A DNA stretch of 64,000 nucleotides from Candidatus Eiseniibacteriota bacterium (GCA_963702435.1 CAVPCR010000003.1:192001-256000); one strand, 5' to 3'; shown: positions 39,105-51,500, counted from the stretch's first letter. Program-made: numbers and translations. The notes: generated by a model not told the origin, from the sequence alone.

Positions 39105-42100
39105 ATGAGGTCCCCATGGCATCTGGTTCTGGCAACCGTGCTTCTGATCGCCGGTTCGGCGTCCGCGGCGTGGTCGGCAGATCTCTACGTCAACCCTGAC
39201 GGCCTGTGCGGCGGGAATCTGCCCTGCTACACGACGATCCAGGCCGCGATCAACGCGGCGAGCGCCGGCGACGTCATCCACGTCCAGGCCGCGACGTATC
39301 CCGAAGTACTCACGATTCCCATTTCCCTGAGGCTTCAGGGAGCCGGTGCGGGGTCGACCTTCATCGATGTCTCCGGCAACCCGGCGGCCGGCACGGTGAT
39401 CACGATCAGCAACATCACCGCGACGATCACCATCGATGGCTTCACGATCGTGACCGGGCCGGCTTCCGCGGTGATCTCCAACGGGATCTCCATCTCCAAC
39501 GTCGGGGTAGGCTCCCTGATCACGATCACGAACAACGTGATCCAGTGCGTGCAATCGGCCGCCGGGACCGCCTTCGACAACTTCGGCCTGATCGCGGGCT
39601 ACGCGAGCGCCGGCACCCTCTTCTTCGACCACAACACGGTTTTTGGAGGCGGCGACAACCCGGTTCTCCTCGAGCGCTGGGTCGGCCCGGTGACCTTCAG
39701 CTACAACACGGTCTACCGCGGTCCTGATGACAACATCACGGGCGGCAAGGACGCCATCTTCGTCATGAACTATGGCGCCACCGATATCACCACCGCGCAG
39801 ATCTTCGACAACAACACCATCGATCTCGGCGGCGGCACCATCTTCGACAACGCGCATCGCGGGACCGGGCTGAGCGTCGTCGCGCAGTTCACGGGAGGCG
39901 CCGGGCCCGGCGGTTACACCAACGTCCAGATCACGAACAACCAGTTCGTCAACCTCAAGCCGTTCCGCCGCGGCTGCGGTCTCTGGGACAACTCCTCAGG
40001 CCCCGGTGACGTCATCGCCCTCATCAAGGGCAACACGGTGAGCGCTGCCGTTGGGTTCACGGGCGACCATGGCATTCGCATCCTCGGCGGCATCACCGGC
40101 ACCATGGTCACCGAAAACGACATTTCCGGCGTCAACGATGCGGTCAAGACTCAGTCCTGGAACGGCTTCGACCCCACCGCGTACACGATCACGGGGAATA
40201 GCCTCCTGGGCGTCATCACAGGAGTGAACAACCTGACTGCCTCGACCGCCGATGCCTCCGCCAACTGGTGGGGCTCGAACGCGCAGGCCGCGGTTGCTAC
40301 CGCAGCCGGCGCCACGACCGACTACACGCCCTGGCTCGACGTGGGCACCGACACCTCCGCCAACCCCGGCTTCCAGGGCAGCTACTCGACGCTCCACGTC
40401 GATGACGCGAGCCTTCAGGTCGGAACCACCGGCATCATCCAGGAAGGAATCGATCGCGTCACGGCAAGCACGGTGCTCGTCGGTCCAGGGACGTACGCCG
40501 GCGGCATCACGCTCAACAAGCTCGTCAACCTCCTTGGTGCGCAGAGCGGCGTCGCGGCCTGCGGCCGCGTCACGGGTTCGCCCAATCCGGCCATCGAGTC
40601 GGTGATTGCAGGTCCCCCGGGGTCAACCCTGCTCACGCTCGTGACCGGCTGCGCCGGCAGTATCATCGACGGGTTCTCCTTCATCGGCGGGACCAGAGGT
40701 CTCGAGTCCACGTCCGGCCCGCTCAGCAACGTGCAGATCCTCAACAACCACGTGGCCGGATTCACCGGAAGCGGCCTCTTCCTCAATGACAACGGGCTCG
40801 ACATGACCGTCAGCCAGAACAACATCGACGGGACTGCACAGGCAGGTGGCGGCGGCCTCTTCCATCTCGACCAGGACAACTTTGATGGCATGCACATCAC
40901 GAGCAATTGCATCGTGAGTGGGCCGTCCGGCACCGGTCTCTTCGTGGATGGGATCCGTAACGTCGGCACCAGCGTGACACGGGCGCCACTCATCAGCGGC
41001 AACACGTTCGGCGGCAACGGGACCGGGGCGAACCTCGGACGCTTCGCCTTCGAGTATGGAACGATCAGCAACAACCAGTTCGCCAGCAATCTCTTCGATG
41101 GCCTCCAGGGGGGCATCCAGAACTCGGCGATCAGCGGGAACACCTTCATCGGAAACGGACGTTCGGGGCTTGCCCTCACCGGTTTTGGCGGTTCAGGGGA
41201 CCCCACCCGTGGCGCCCAGAACACGGTGGTGAGCGCCAACATGTTCACTGCCAATGTGCGCGAAGGTGTTTTCCTGAGTTCCGGCCAGTTTCCGGGGACC
41301 ATCTCCACGAACACTCTGACCAACAACAACTTTGTCGGCAATGGGACGGGCGGCAGCGGTGACGGTGTAGCCTACGCTGGCACCGAGACCATCGCCGTGA
41401 CGTGCAACTGGTGGGGCCATGTGGCGGGCCCGGACTATCCGCCTTTGTATCCGAACCCACCTGCCGACGATCTCGTGGCAACCAACTCCATCTTCTGGCC
41501 ATGGCTGAACGCCCCGGCTCCAGGTGGGGCCTGCAACCAGTTCGGTCCGAACAACGTGGCGGCCAACACGACGGGCCTCTGCGTGTCCACCGCGACACCG
41601 TGCGTGACCGTGCCGGTCATGTTCAACCGGGCCGACACGAGCCCGGCCCGCGGGGCGACGGTGACCTTCACGCTGAGCTCGAACCTCGAGCTCTGCTCGA
41701 CGCCCGGCGCGAGCATCCTCCAGGGCACCTGGCTTACCGGATACGGCAGCGGCTACCAGGTCATTGCGAACGGCGGCGGCAGCTACACGGTGGACCAGGC
41801 GATCCTCGGTCTGCCTTGCGGGGTCACGACCGGTGGCCAGCTGTTCACGGTCGCGGTCAAGAAGACCCTCGCTGCCGTTGACGGCACGGGGACGATCACC
41901 GTCAACGCAGTCAGCATCCGGGACTGCGGCAATCCGTTCGCCATACTCGCGGGGATCCCCGGGGCGCCGGCATCGATCACGATCGATACGGCACCGCCGC
42001 TTGCGGTGACGAACCTGGCGGCCGCGCAAAAGCTGACGCTGAACGACTCCGACGGCACGACCAAGATCAACCTCACCTTCGCGTCTCCGGCCACTGCCGA

Positions 42101-43289
42101 CAGCTTCCTCGTCTGGCGGAAGGGCTTCGGCTTCTACCCCGAGTACGACGACGCTGGTGGCGCCGCGGCCACGCTCCCCGTGGGCTATCCGCCGGCCGGA
42201 TGGACTCGCGCCTACGGCGGAACGACAGCCCCGACCTTCGACGAGCCGGCGACCCGCGACTTCTGGTACTACGTGATCTACACGAAGGACCTGTGCGGCA
42301 ACGTGTCGCTCGTGTCCAACATGACACCGGGGACGCTCAACTACCACCTTGGTGATGTGACGAACGGATCGTCTCCGGGCACGGGAGACAACCTCGTCGC
42401 CACGGTGGACATCACGCTCCTCGGCAACCACTATGGCATCAACCTGGTGCCGAGCGATCCCTTCAACTACCTCGATGTCGGCCCGACGACGAACAACTCG
42501 ACCCACGGCCGACCGCTCACCGACAACCGGGTCAACTTCGAAGACCTCCTGATGTTCGCGATCAACTACGGAACGGTGACCCTGACGGCGCCGCCCGAGC
42601 CCGCGGACCTGGCGAGCGTCCACGCCGGGCTCGCCCTCGTCACGGAGCCCGTGGCCGGCGGGGTTCTCGCCCGCCTCGTCCTCACCGACAATCCGGATGC
42701 CGTCAAGGGCATCCACGCCCTCGTCGACTTCGATCGCCGGGGCCTTGCCCTCGAGCGGGTGGAGCAGGGCGAGCTTCTCGTGGCGCAGGCGCACCCGGTC
42801 TTCTTCCAGCACCTCGATGAGGGCGCGGCCGGCATCCATGCCGCGCTCCTCGGGAACGGCGAGGCCATCCGCGGCTCGGGCGAGGTCGCTCGCCTCTACT
42901 TCCGCGGCCATGGCTCGCCGGCTCTCACCCTCGCCGACATGCGCGACATCGCGAACGGCCAGATCGGCCAGGTGGCCGCCGGCATCGATGCCCCGGCCGC
43001 GATCGTGCCGCTCGACTTCGCGCTCCACTCGGCGCGGCCCAATCCCTTCAATCCCTCGACCATGATCGGCTTCGCGCTGCCCGAGGCGGGGCGCGTGGAT
43101 CTTCTGATCTACGACGTCCGCGGGCGGCTGGTCCGGACCCTGGTCGAGGCCGAGCTTCCCGCCGGGGAGCACGCGGCGTTCTGGGACGGCCGGGATAGCC
43201 GCGGCGCCGGCGCTAGTTCCGGCGTATACATCGTCAAGCTCACGAGCGCGGGCCGCGAGGCCACGCAGAAGATCCAGCTCATGAAGTAG
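39105..43289 (+). CDS. Secreted protein with two beta-helix modules plus the cohesin-like / Fn3 / dockerin-like / cohesin-like / CTD cassette
   Basis: Signal peptide from ATG 39105; CYTTIQAAINAASAGDVIHV..ATY.E; NWWG caps; FYPEYDD; NYHLGDV...GDNLV...DVGPT...TDNRVNFEDLLMFAINYG; PNPFNPST...KIQLMK. Confidence 0.82.
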   Translation: MRSPWHLVLATVLLIAGSASAAWSADLYVNPDGLCGGNLPCYTTIQAAINAASAGDVIHVQAATYPEVLTIPISLRLQGAGAGSTFIDVSGNPAAGTVITISNITATITIDGFTIVTGPASAVISNGISISNVGVGSLITITNNVIQCVQSAAGTAFDNFGLIAGYASAGTLFFDHNTVFGGGDNPVLLERWVGPVTFSYNTVYRGPDDNITGGKDAIFVMNYGATDITTAQIFDNNTIDLGGGTIFDNAHRGTGLSVVAQFTGGAGPGGYTNVQITNNQFVNLKPFRRGCGLWDNSSGPGDVIALIKGNTVSAAVGFTGDHGIRILGGITGTMVTENDISGVNDAVKTQSWNGFDPTAYTITGNSLLGVITGVNNLTASTADASANWWGSNAQAAVATAAGATTDYTPWLDVGTDTSANPGFQGSYSTLHVDDASLQVGTTGIIQEGIDRVTASTVLVGPGTYAGGITLNKLVNLLGAQSGVAACGRVTGSPNPAIESVIAGPPGSTLLTLVTGCAGSIIDGFSFIGGTRGLESTSGPLSNVQILNNHVAGFTGSGLFLNDNGLDMTVSQNNIDGTAQAGGGGLFHLDQDNFDGMHITSNCIVSGPSGTGLFVDGIRNVGTSVTRAPLISGNTFGGNGTGANLGRFAFEYGTISNNQFASNLFDGLQGGIQNSAISGNTFIGNGRSGLALTGFGGSGDPTRGAQNTVVSANMFTANVREGVFLSSGQFPGTISTNTLTNNNFVGNGTGGSGDGVAYAGTETIAVTCNWWGHVAGPDYPPLYPNPPADDLVATNSIFWPWLNAPAPGGACNQFGPNNVAANTTGLCVSTATPCVTVPVMFNRADTSPARGATVTFTLSSNLELCSTPGASILQGTWLTGYGSGYQVIANGGGSYTVDQAILGLPCGVTTGGQLFTVAVKKTLAAVDGTGTITVNAVSIRDCGNPFAILAGIPGAPASITIDTAPPLAVTNLAAAQKLTLNDSDGTTKINLTFASPATADSFLVWRKGFGFYPEYDDAGGAAATLPVGYPPAGWTRAYGGTTAPTFDEPATRDFWYYVIYTKDLCGNVSLVSNMTPGTLNYHLGDVTNGSSPGTGDNLVATVDITLLGNHYGINLVPSDPFNYLDVGPTTNNSTHGRPLTDNRVNFEDLLMFAINYGTVTLTAPPEPADLASVHAGLALVTEPVAGGVLARLVLTDNPDAVKGIHALVDFDRRGLALERVEQGELLVAQAHPVFFQHLDEGAAGIHAALLGNGEAIRGSGEVARLYFRGHGSPALTLADMRDIANGQIGQVAAGIDAPAAIVPLDFALHSARPNPFNPSTMIGFALPEAGRVDLLIYDVRGRLVRTLVEAELPAGEHAAFWDGRDSRGAGASSGVYIVKLTSAGREATQKIQLMK

Positions 43290-43303
43290 GAGGAGCACCC
43301 ATG

Positions 43304-43340
43304 CGGGGCGGCGGGCGGGAGCGCCCGCCCCCGCCCCCGC
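43304..43340 (+). terminator. GC-rich intergenic hairpin without a U-tract
   Basis: GGGGCGGCGGGCG...CGCCCGCCCCCGCCCC right after the stop at 43289. Confidence 0.45.
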
Positions 43341-43404
43341 TCTCGCAACCGGCGCGGATGGCGCAGCCTGATCGGCGCCGTGAACGCCACGGAGGAGATG
43401 GTCG

Positions 43405-46400
43405 ATGTCTTGCCAACGCACACAAACCATGGCGATAGGGCTCGTGCTTTGGGTCGCCCTGGCGCTCGCTGCTCCGTGGACGGCTGCCGGCGCGGCCGTG
43501 TCTCCCACGCCTGAGTATCCCGGCGGAGTCGACCTCGACCGCAGCCCGGGAGAGGACCCGGGCGACATCAACGAGGTCCTGAACATCAACACCGCTATCT
43601 ACTACTCGAGCCTCGGCACCGCGCTCGCGGCTCCGGCGACGCTCCCCGGGCACATCCTCGAGGTGCAAGCGAGCTATGCCGAGGGGCCCGTCAACGTCAG
43701 CAAGGCAGTCACCATCCGGGGGCTCACCGGATCCGAGGTCATCACCCCGACCACCGACACCGGCACCTCCGGCGATGCCCGCGGCTGGTTCCTGGTCACG
43801 GTCCCCGGCGTCACCTTCCTGGATCTCAACTTCGACGGCGAGGCCACCGGAGTTCCGGTCCGCTCGATCTATCAGGTGATCCGCATCACGGCGGCCGCTC
43901 CGGGCTGCATCATCGACAACTGCACTTTCACGGACGTGATCGGATATCCGCTCGCGAGCTATGACGGCCGCGGGATCGCGTCCCAGGCCGACGTCACGAT
44001 CACCGACTGCGTCTTCTCGAGTGTCCGCCGCATCGGCATCCATCTCTTCGGTACCGGGATGACCACGACCGTCGTCTCGCGCATCACCTATACCGGGAAG
44101 GGTGCCGGCGACCATATCGACTATGCTGTCGAGTTCGGGGGCGGGGCCAAGGGCACGGTCTCGAACTCGACGGTCACGAACTGCACCGGGGTCGCCTCGG
44201 ATGGCTCGACCTCAGCCGGCGTTCTCGTGACCGACTACTTCGCTCCTGGCACTGAAGCTGCTATCAACGGCAATTTCCTCAATGGCAATACGGCCGCCGT
44301 CGCCAACGGCTACCTCGCGACCGACGCTTCGGTCACCGTCGCGCACGACAACGACCTGTCCGGCAACACCTACGGGGTTGCCAACGCGGCGACTCTCGAT
44401 CTCGACGCCTCGGGCAACTGGTGGGGATCGAACATCGTCGGCACGGTCGCGGCCATGGCCGGGGCTGCCGTCGATTACACCCCGTGGCTCGATGTCGGCA
44501 CCGACACGTCGGGAAGCGCCGGCTTCCAGGGCAACTTCTCGACGCTCCACGTGGATGATGATAGTCCGCAGGTCGGTGCCATCGGCCGGATCCAGGAGGG
44601 CGTAAATGTCGCCACCGTGACCACGGTACTCGTCGGGCCCGGCACCTATCCGGAGACGGTTACGATACCGAAGTCCGTGGTCGTGCAGGGCGCCGGGTTG
44701 GCCACGACGTTCATTGATGTGTCCGGCGACCCGACCGCCGGTGATGTGGTCACGATCAGCGGCATCACGGCCACCATCACCATCGACGGGTTCACGATCG
44801 TCACCGGCCCCGCCTCGAGCGTGGGCTCGAACGCGCTCCACATCTCCGGCCTAGGCACGGGCTCGGCCATCACCATCACCAACAACGTGCTCCAGTGCGT
44901 GCAATCGGCGAGCGGGACCGCACAGGACAACTTCGGGCTCATCGCCGGCTACGGGAGCGACGGCACGCTCTTCTTCGACCACAACACCGTTTACGGTGGC
45001 GGGGACAATCCGATCCTCATCGAGCGCTGGGTCGGCCCGTGCACTCTCAGCTACAACACGATCTATCGCGGCCCCGATGACAACATCACCGGAGGCAAGG
45101 ACGCCGTGTTCGTCATGAACTATGGCGCATCCAACATCACGGCCAAGTTCGAGTTCGACAACAACACGATCGACATGGGCGGGGGCACGATCTTCGACAA
45201 CGCGCACCGTGGCACCGGCCTGAGCGTCGTCGCCCAGTACACCGGCGGCGCCGGACCCGGCGGTTACACCGACGTCGAGATCACGAACAACCAGGTGATG
45301 AATCTCAAGTCGTTCCGGCGCGGCATCGGGCTCTGGGACAACTCCTCGGGACCCGGGGACATCGCGGCCGTGATCACCGGCAACACGATCTCGGCGGCCC
45401 CGGCGGCGACCGGCGACCACGGGATCCGGATCCTCGGCGGGATCACCGGCACCACGGTCGGCCAGAACAACGTGTCCGGCATGAGCATGGGCTTCCAGTC
45501 GCGCTCCTGGAACGGGTTCGACCCGACCGGGTTTCTGGTGACAGGCAACACGTTCACGGGCAACACCACTGGCGTGTCAGTCGATGCGGGCACCGGCACT
45601 GTGACCCAGAATCTCATCGTAGGTAACGGCACGGGCCTGGCCAACGCCACGATCACCGCCGTCCCCGCGACGTGTAACTGGTGGGGCCACGTGAACGGGC
45701 CGGATGTGCCGCCGGGCAATCCGAACCCCGGGATCAACGGCATCGTGGGGAGCGCGATCTTCGCGCCGTGGTGGACCTCCCCCACCGGCCCCTGCGACGG
45801 CTTCGGGCCGAACAACGTGGCGGCGAGCACGGCAGGCCTCTGCATCTCGAACGCCACGCCCTGTGTGGCGATACCGGTTCTCTTCAATCGTGTCGACACG
45901 GTTCCGGCGCGCGCGGCGAGCGTGACCTTCACGCTGAGCTCGAACCTCGAGCTCTGTAGCACCCCCGGCGCGAGCATCCTGCCGGGCACGTGGCTCTCGG
46001 CATACGGGAGCACGTTCCAGGTCGTCGACAACGGCGGTGGGTCCTACACGGTGGACCAGTCGATCCTTGGTCTCCCCTGTGGCGTCGCGACCGGCGGCCA
46101 GCTGTTCACGGTCGCGGTGAAGAAGACCCTTGCGGCTGTCGACGGAACCGGGACGATCACCGTCACGGAAGTCAACGTGCGCGACTGTGGGAATCCGTTC
46201 ACGGCGCTGCCGGGTGTTCCTGGTGCGCCGGCGTCGATCACGATCGACACGGCGTCGCCCTCTGCGGTGGCAGACCTCGCCGCTGCTCAGATGCTCGCAG
46301 GCAACGACTCCGACGGCACCACCAAGATCAACTTGAGCTTTCACGGCGCCGGCGACCGCCGACAGCTTCCTCGTCTGGCGGAAGGGCTTCGGATTCTATC

Positions 46401-47553
46401 CCGAGTACGACGACGCGGGCGGCGCAGTGCCAGCGCCGCCGGTGGGCTATCCGCCGGCCGGCTGGGACGCGCGCCTACGGCGGAACGACGGCTCCGACCT
46501 TCGACGAGCCGGCGACCCGCGACTACTGGTACTACGTGATCTACACCAAGGATGCGTGCGGCAACGTCTCGCCCGTCTCGAACATGACGTCGGGCACGCT
46601 CAACTACCATCTTGGTGACGTCAGCGAACGGCGTCCACGCCGGGCCGGGCGACAACCTGGTCGGGCTACGATGGACATCACGCTCCTCGGCGCTCATTAC
46701 GGCGAGACGCTCGGCCGAGCCCGTCCTGTTCAACTACCTCGACGTCGGGCCGACCACGCAACAACTCGACGCTCGGCCGGCCGCTCACGGACAACGATGG
46801 TCGACTTCGACGACCTCATCTTCTTCGCCATCAACTACGGCACGGTGAGCCTGACTGCGCCGCCCGAGCCGGCCGACGCTCGCGAGCATTCCTGGGCTCG
46901 CGCTCGTCACCGAGCCCGACCGCCGACGGCGTGCTCGCTCGGCTCGTCCTCACCGACAACCCGAGCGCGGTCAAGGCCTTCCATGCCCTGGTCGCATTCG
47001 ACGGCATGACCCTCGAGCGGGTCGAGCAGGGCGACCTCCTCACCGCCCAGGCGCATCCCGATCTTCTTCCGCCACCTCGATGAGGGAGCGGCCGGCATCC
47101 ATGCCGCGCTCCTCGGGAACGGCGAAGCCATCCGCGGCTCGGGCGAGGTCGCTCGCCTCTACTTCCGCGGCCATGGCACGCCCACCCTCACCCTCGCCGA
47201 CATGCGCGACATCGCGAACGGGCCGATCGGCCAGGTGGCCGCCGGCATCGATGCCCCGGCCACTGCGGCCCCCGCCGAGTTCGCCCTGCATCGCGGCACG
47301 GCCCAATCCCTTCAATCCGTCGACCATGCTCGGCTTCGCGCTGCCCGAAGCCGGGCGGGCGGATCTCGCGATCTACGACGTCCGCGGCCGGCTCGTGCGG
47401 ACGCTGGTCGAGGCCGAGCTTCCGGCCGGCGAGCACACGGCGTACTGGGACGGCCGGGACGCTCGCGGCGCCGCCGCGAGCTCTGGCGTCTACATCGTCC
47501 GGCTCTCGAGCGCGGGCCGCGAGGCCACGCAGAAGATCCAGCTCATGAAGTAG
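43405..47553 (+). CDS. Paralogue of 39105..43289, reconstructed across many indels between ~46340 and ~47300
   Basis: Open to ~46340; after that the DNA stays collinear with 42070-43289 (YPEYDD, LNYHLGDV, VDFDDLIFFAINYG, PNPFNPST) and ends with the same REATQKIQLMK*. Confidence 0.75.
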
Positions 47554-47569
47554 TGCAGTAGAGGGGCAC

Positions 47570-47602
47570 GGGGAGGTCGCGGCGCCCTGCCGCGACCTCC
47601 CC
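47570..47602 (+). terminator. Perfect 14-bp-stem intergenic hairpin without a U-tract
   Basis: GGGGAGGTCGCGGC-GCCCT-GCCGCGACCTCCCC. Confidence 0.55.
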
Positions 47603-47638
47603 CACCCTCACCCCCGGCCGTCCCGGAGGAGAAAACGA

Positions 47639-48475
47639 ATGAAGGCTTTCGCGAAGAGACTCTCGATCGCCGCCGCTCTCGTGCTCCTCGGCGCTGCGAG
47701 CGCCGCCGGGCAGCCCGCCCCCTTCAACGCCTACCTCCTCCCCGAGACGAGCACCATCGATGTGGGTGATACAGCGTTCGTCAACTTCGAGGTAGACGCC
47801 ACGGCCCAGGAGTTCAACGGCTACGAGGTCGTCATCCAGTACGACCCGACCATCGTCGACTTCCTGCCGCCGGTCATCGAAGGACCGCTCATGATCGGCG
47901 CCTGCGGGAACACCTTCAAGATTCTCACCCAGACCGACTCCACAGTCACCTACGCGCACGTCATCCTGTGCGCCGGCGTCGCACTCAACGGCCCGGGCGT
48001 TCTGTCCACCTATCGCTTCCGCGGCCTGGCCAACGGCGTGAGCGCGCTGACGATCATCTCAAACCCCGACTTCACGTTCGCCTACGCCGGAATCTATATC
48101 AACCCCAACCACCCGACCTTCCCGCGCCAGGTCATCTTCCACAACGCGGAGATCCGGGTCGGGACGCAGTCCGGCATCGAATCCGGCGCCGCGCCGCCGC
48201 TCGAGTTCCATCTCGAGCAGAACGCGCCCAATCCCTTCTCGTCCGCCACCGCCATCGGGTTCCAGCTCGCCGCCGCCGGGCCCGTGGCGCTCGAAGTGTT
48301 CGACGTCGCCGGCCGGCGCGTGTGGGCCGAGGCCGCCGCCCTCCCGCGCGGCGCTCACCGCATCACATGGCGCGGGGCCGCGCCGGACGAGGCGCCGCTG
48401 CCGAGCGGCGTCTACTTCTACCGGCTCACGACCGCCCAGGGCACGGCGACGCGCAAGTTGACCATATCCAGGTAG
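47639..48475 (+). CDS. Small secreted cohesin-like domain plus FlgD-Ig CTD protein
   Basis: Signal peptide; YLLPETSTIDVGDTAFVNFEV...FNGYEVVIQYDPTIVDF...EGPLM...LNGPGVLSTYRFRG; LEQNAPNPF...PSGVYFYRL...KLTISR. Confidence 0.78.
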   Translation: MKAFAKRLSIAAALVLLGAASAAGQPAPFNAYLLPETSTIDVGDTAFVNFEVDATAQEFNGYEVVIQYDPTIVDFLPPVIEGPLMIGACGNTFKILTQTDSTVTYAHVILCAGVALNGPGVLSTYRFRGLANGVSALTIISNPDFTFAYAGIYINPNHPTFPRQVIFHNAEIRVGTQSGIESGAAPPLEFHLEQNAPNPFSSATAIGFQLAAAGPVALEVFDVAGRRVWAEAAALPRGAHRITWRGAAPDEAPLPSGVYFYRLTTAQGTATRKLTISR

Positions 48476-48561
48476 GACCGATGACTCGCACTGGCCAGAG
48501 CAAGGAACGGAACGGCGGGCAGCCGCCGGCCGCACTCAGTGAATTCGAAGGAGTGACCACC

Positions 48562-51500
48562 ATGACGTCCCTTCGCACGCTTCCCGCGCTGGCGCTCTTC
48601 CTGGCCATCGCAACCAGTTCCGCCTTCGGCCAGAGTGTCGGCAACTACGCTCCAGTCACCCGCACCACCGGCATCACCTACAGCTCGATCGCCGGCACCG
48701 GCGCGAGCTTCGCAAGCTGGCGCAACGGCACCTCGACGGACGACAACCGGAGCGCCGCCACGGCGATCGGCTTCACCTTCTACTACGATGGGCAGCCATA
48801 CACGCAGTTCTCGGCGTCCACCAACGGGTTCCTCGACTTCTCGTCGTCGACGGCGCTCGGTGGCTCCGGAGCGTTCGGCTTCGACAACACCACCTTCACG
48901 GCCATCACCGGCACGCGCCTCGCGATCGCCCCCCTCTATGACGACCTGAGCGCGGCGGCGCTCGGCCTCTCCGGAAGCCTCAAGTACGTGACCACCGGTG
49001 CACCCGGGAGCCGCGTGCTCACCGTCGAGTGGATCGGCGTCCAGAACCTGGGCGCCACCGGGTCGAACCTCAACTACCAGGTCAAGCTCTACGAGGCGAC
49101 CGGCGTCATCGAGATCGTCTACGGCACCATGACGGCCGGCACGGGCACCTACAGCTTCACGTGCGGCATCAACGGTCCCACCATGTCGGCGGTTCCGACC
49201 GTGGCCGAGCTCCTGACCCAGCAGACCGTCGATACCACGACCTTCTCCAACATCGCTGCCAACGGGCTGGCCACGGCCCCGGCCTCCAATGCGATGCTCA
49301 CCCTCACGCCGGTCCAGAACGTGACGCCGGCGCCGCCCACGACCCTCGCCTTCACGGCGGTGACGCAGACCGGGATGACCGTCAACTGGACCGACGGCTC
49401 GACCACCGAGACCTACTTCGTGGTGACACGATCGACGGACAACCTGACGTTCGTGCCGGCCGGTGCCGTGTCCTCGACGACGACCGGTGGCACCGGGACC
49501 ACCTACTCCCTGGCCCAGAGCGGGCTCCTCGCCGGCACGACCTACTACTTCCGCGTTACCGCGAACAACGAGGCGAGCGCTCCCAGCGCTTTCCTGACAG
49601 GGAGCCAGCCCACCGCCGCCGCCGGGGAGATCACGAGCATCGCGAGCGGGAACTGGGGCGCCACCACCACATGGTCCTCGGCGACCATCCCGACTGTGAC
49701 CGACAATGTCACGATCGCCGACGGGCACACGGTGACAATCAACGTGGCCGCTGTCTGCAACAACCTCACAGTCGGGCAGGGGGTCTCCGGCATCCTCATC
49801 TACGAGGCGACCACGGCGCGCAAGCTCACGACCTCGGCCGGCGTCACCATCGCCGCCGGCGGCACGCTGCAGACGGCGGGGAGCGGAACGGTGACCACCG
49901 ACAGCCTCGTGGTCGGCGGCAGTCTCACCAACAGCGGCACGCTGGATCTGAGCACCTCTGCCAATGCGGTAGGCGCCCGTCTCATCTTTACCGGAGGGGA
50001 CAACGCCACGTTCGGCGGCGCGGGCGGCGTCACCGACCTGCGCACGCTGACCATCAACAAGGGCACCTCCCCGGCGAGCGTGCTCGAGATGAACCCGACG
50101 AATCTTACCGTGCAGGGGACGACGACCGATGGCGCGGCCTCGGTGTTCCTCACGCTGAGCAACGGCACGCTCAAGATCGCCGGCACCTACACTGCGACCC
50201 ATCGCTGCTTCCCGTTGCCTACGGGATACACGATCCCCGCCACCGCCGGCATCTGGCTCGCGAACCCGAACTTCACCGTCGCCGGGCAGAACGGCTCCCC
50301 CACCAACAACGGCCTCCTCCGGCTGACCTCCGGCACTTTCAATATCGGTACGGCGTCCGGCAACTCGATGGGCGCCGGCAGCGGCGCGTCCTTCATCGTC
50401 GAGGGCGGCACGATGAACGTGGCCGGACGCTTGAACACGTCGAACCCCGTACTCTACGAGCAGTCCGCCGGCGTGGTCAACGTCTCCACCGCCGGCAACG
50501 CCTCGGCCTCGAGCCCCTCGTTCGGTCTCAACTCCACTGCCGGGTCCTTCAACATGAGCGGCGGCACCATCGTGCTCGTCCAGGCGAGCACCGGCACGGC
50601 CCCCTACGACTACCGCGTGAGCTCCCTCAATCCGGTCGTCACGGGCGGCACGCTCCAGATCGGGAACGCCGCCACGACGACGAACTTCACCTTCCGCATC
50701 GGCGGCGCCCTGCCGAACGTCGTCATCGACAACACGGTGAACAACAAGACGGCGTTGCTGTTCGCCGGCACCCCGCTCAACGTAGCTTATCTGAACACGA
50801 CCATCAATCCGGGGGCGACGCTCAACCTGGGCGGGTTCATCTACATCCAGGCCGGCGCGACATTCACCAACAACGGCACCCTGAACGGCACGACGATCGG
50901 GAGCCGCCTCTATTTCCTGGGCAGCGGCTCCCTGGCGTCAGCTGCCGGCGACCCGCTCGCCGATGGCATCGAGATGCCGGTGCTCCCGCCGCGCGGGTTC
51001 CCCCCTCTCGCGGTCGCCCAGACGTACGGCGGGGCGGGGGCCATCAACGCCCCGGCCCTCGACGGCATCTCGATCGACAATCCCTCCGGCGTCACCATCA
51101 GCCCGGCCATCCCGGCCAACATCGCGACGCTCCGCGTCAACCTGTTCCGCGGCCTCCTCACCAACTCGAACAAGGTCACACTCGGGAGCGGCAGCGGCTC
51201 GGCCGCCGTGCAGATCGGATCGCCCGGCCAGGCGGCAGTCGGCGGCAGTTTCGACGCGTCACCGTCCTTCAACATCGGCGCCGGGACCTACTCCCTTGTC
51301 TACAGCCAGGAGAACGCACCGCGCACGACCGGCTTCGAAGTCCCAACGCCACGGAGCGCGAACTTCATGGCGGTGGACAACTCGAACGGCGTGACGCTGG
51401 CAGGAGGCAACCTGGCGATCACGACCGGCCTCACACTCACGGCCGGTCGCCTCACGACCGATGCGGCGAATGTTCTCGCGCTCGGCAACGCAGTCTCCCC

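Noticed and set aside
41540..47553. Near-identical paralogue tails as a diversity-generating retroelement TR/VR pair
   Set aside because: No reverse transcriptase in the window; the repeats are kb-long coding duplicates and differences are not confined to adenines.
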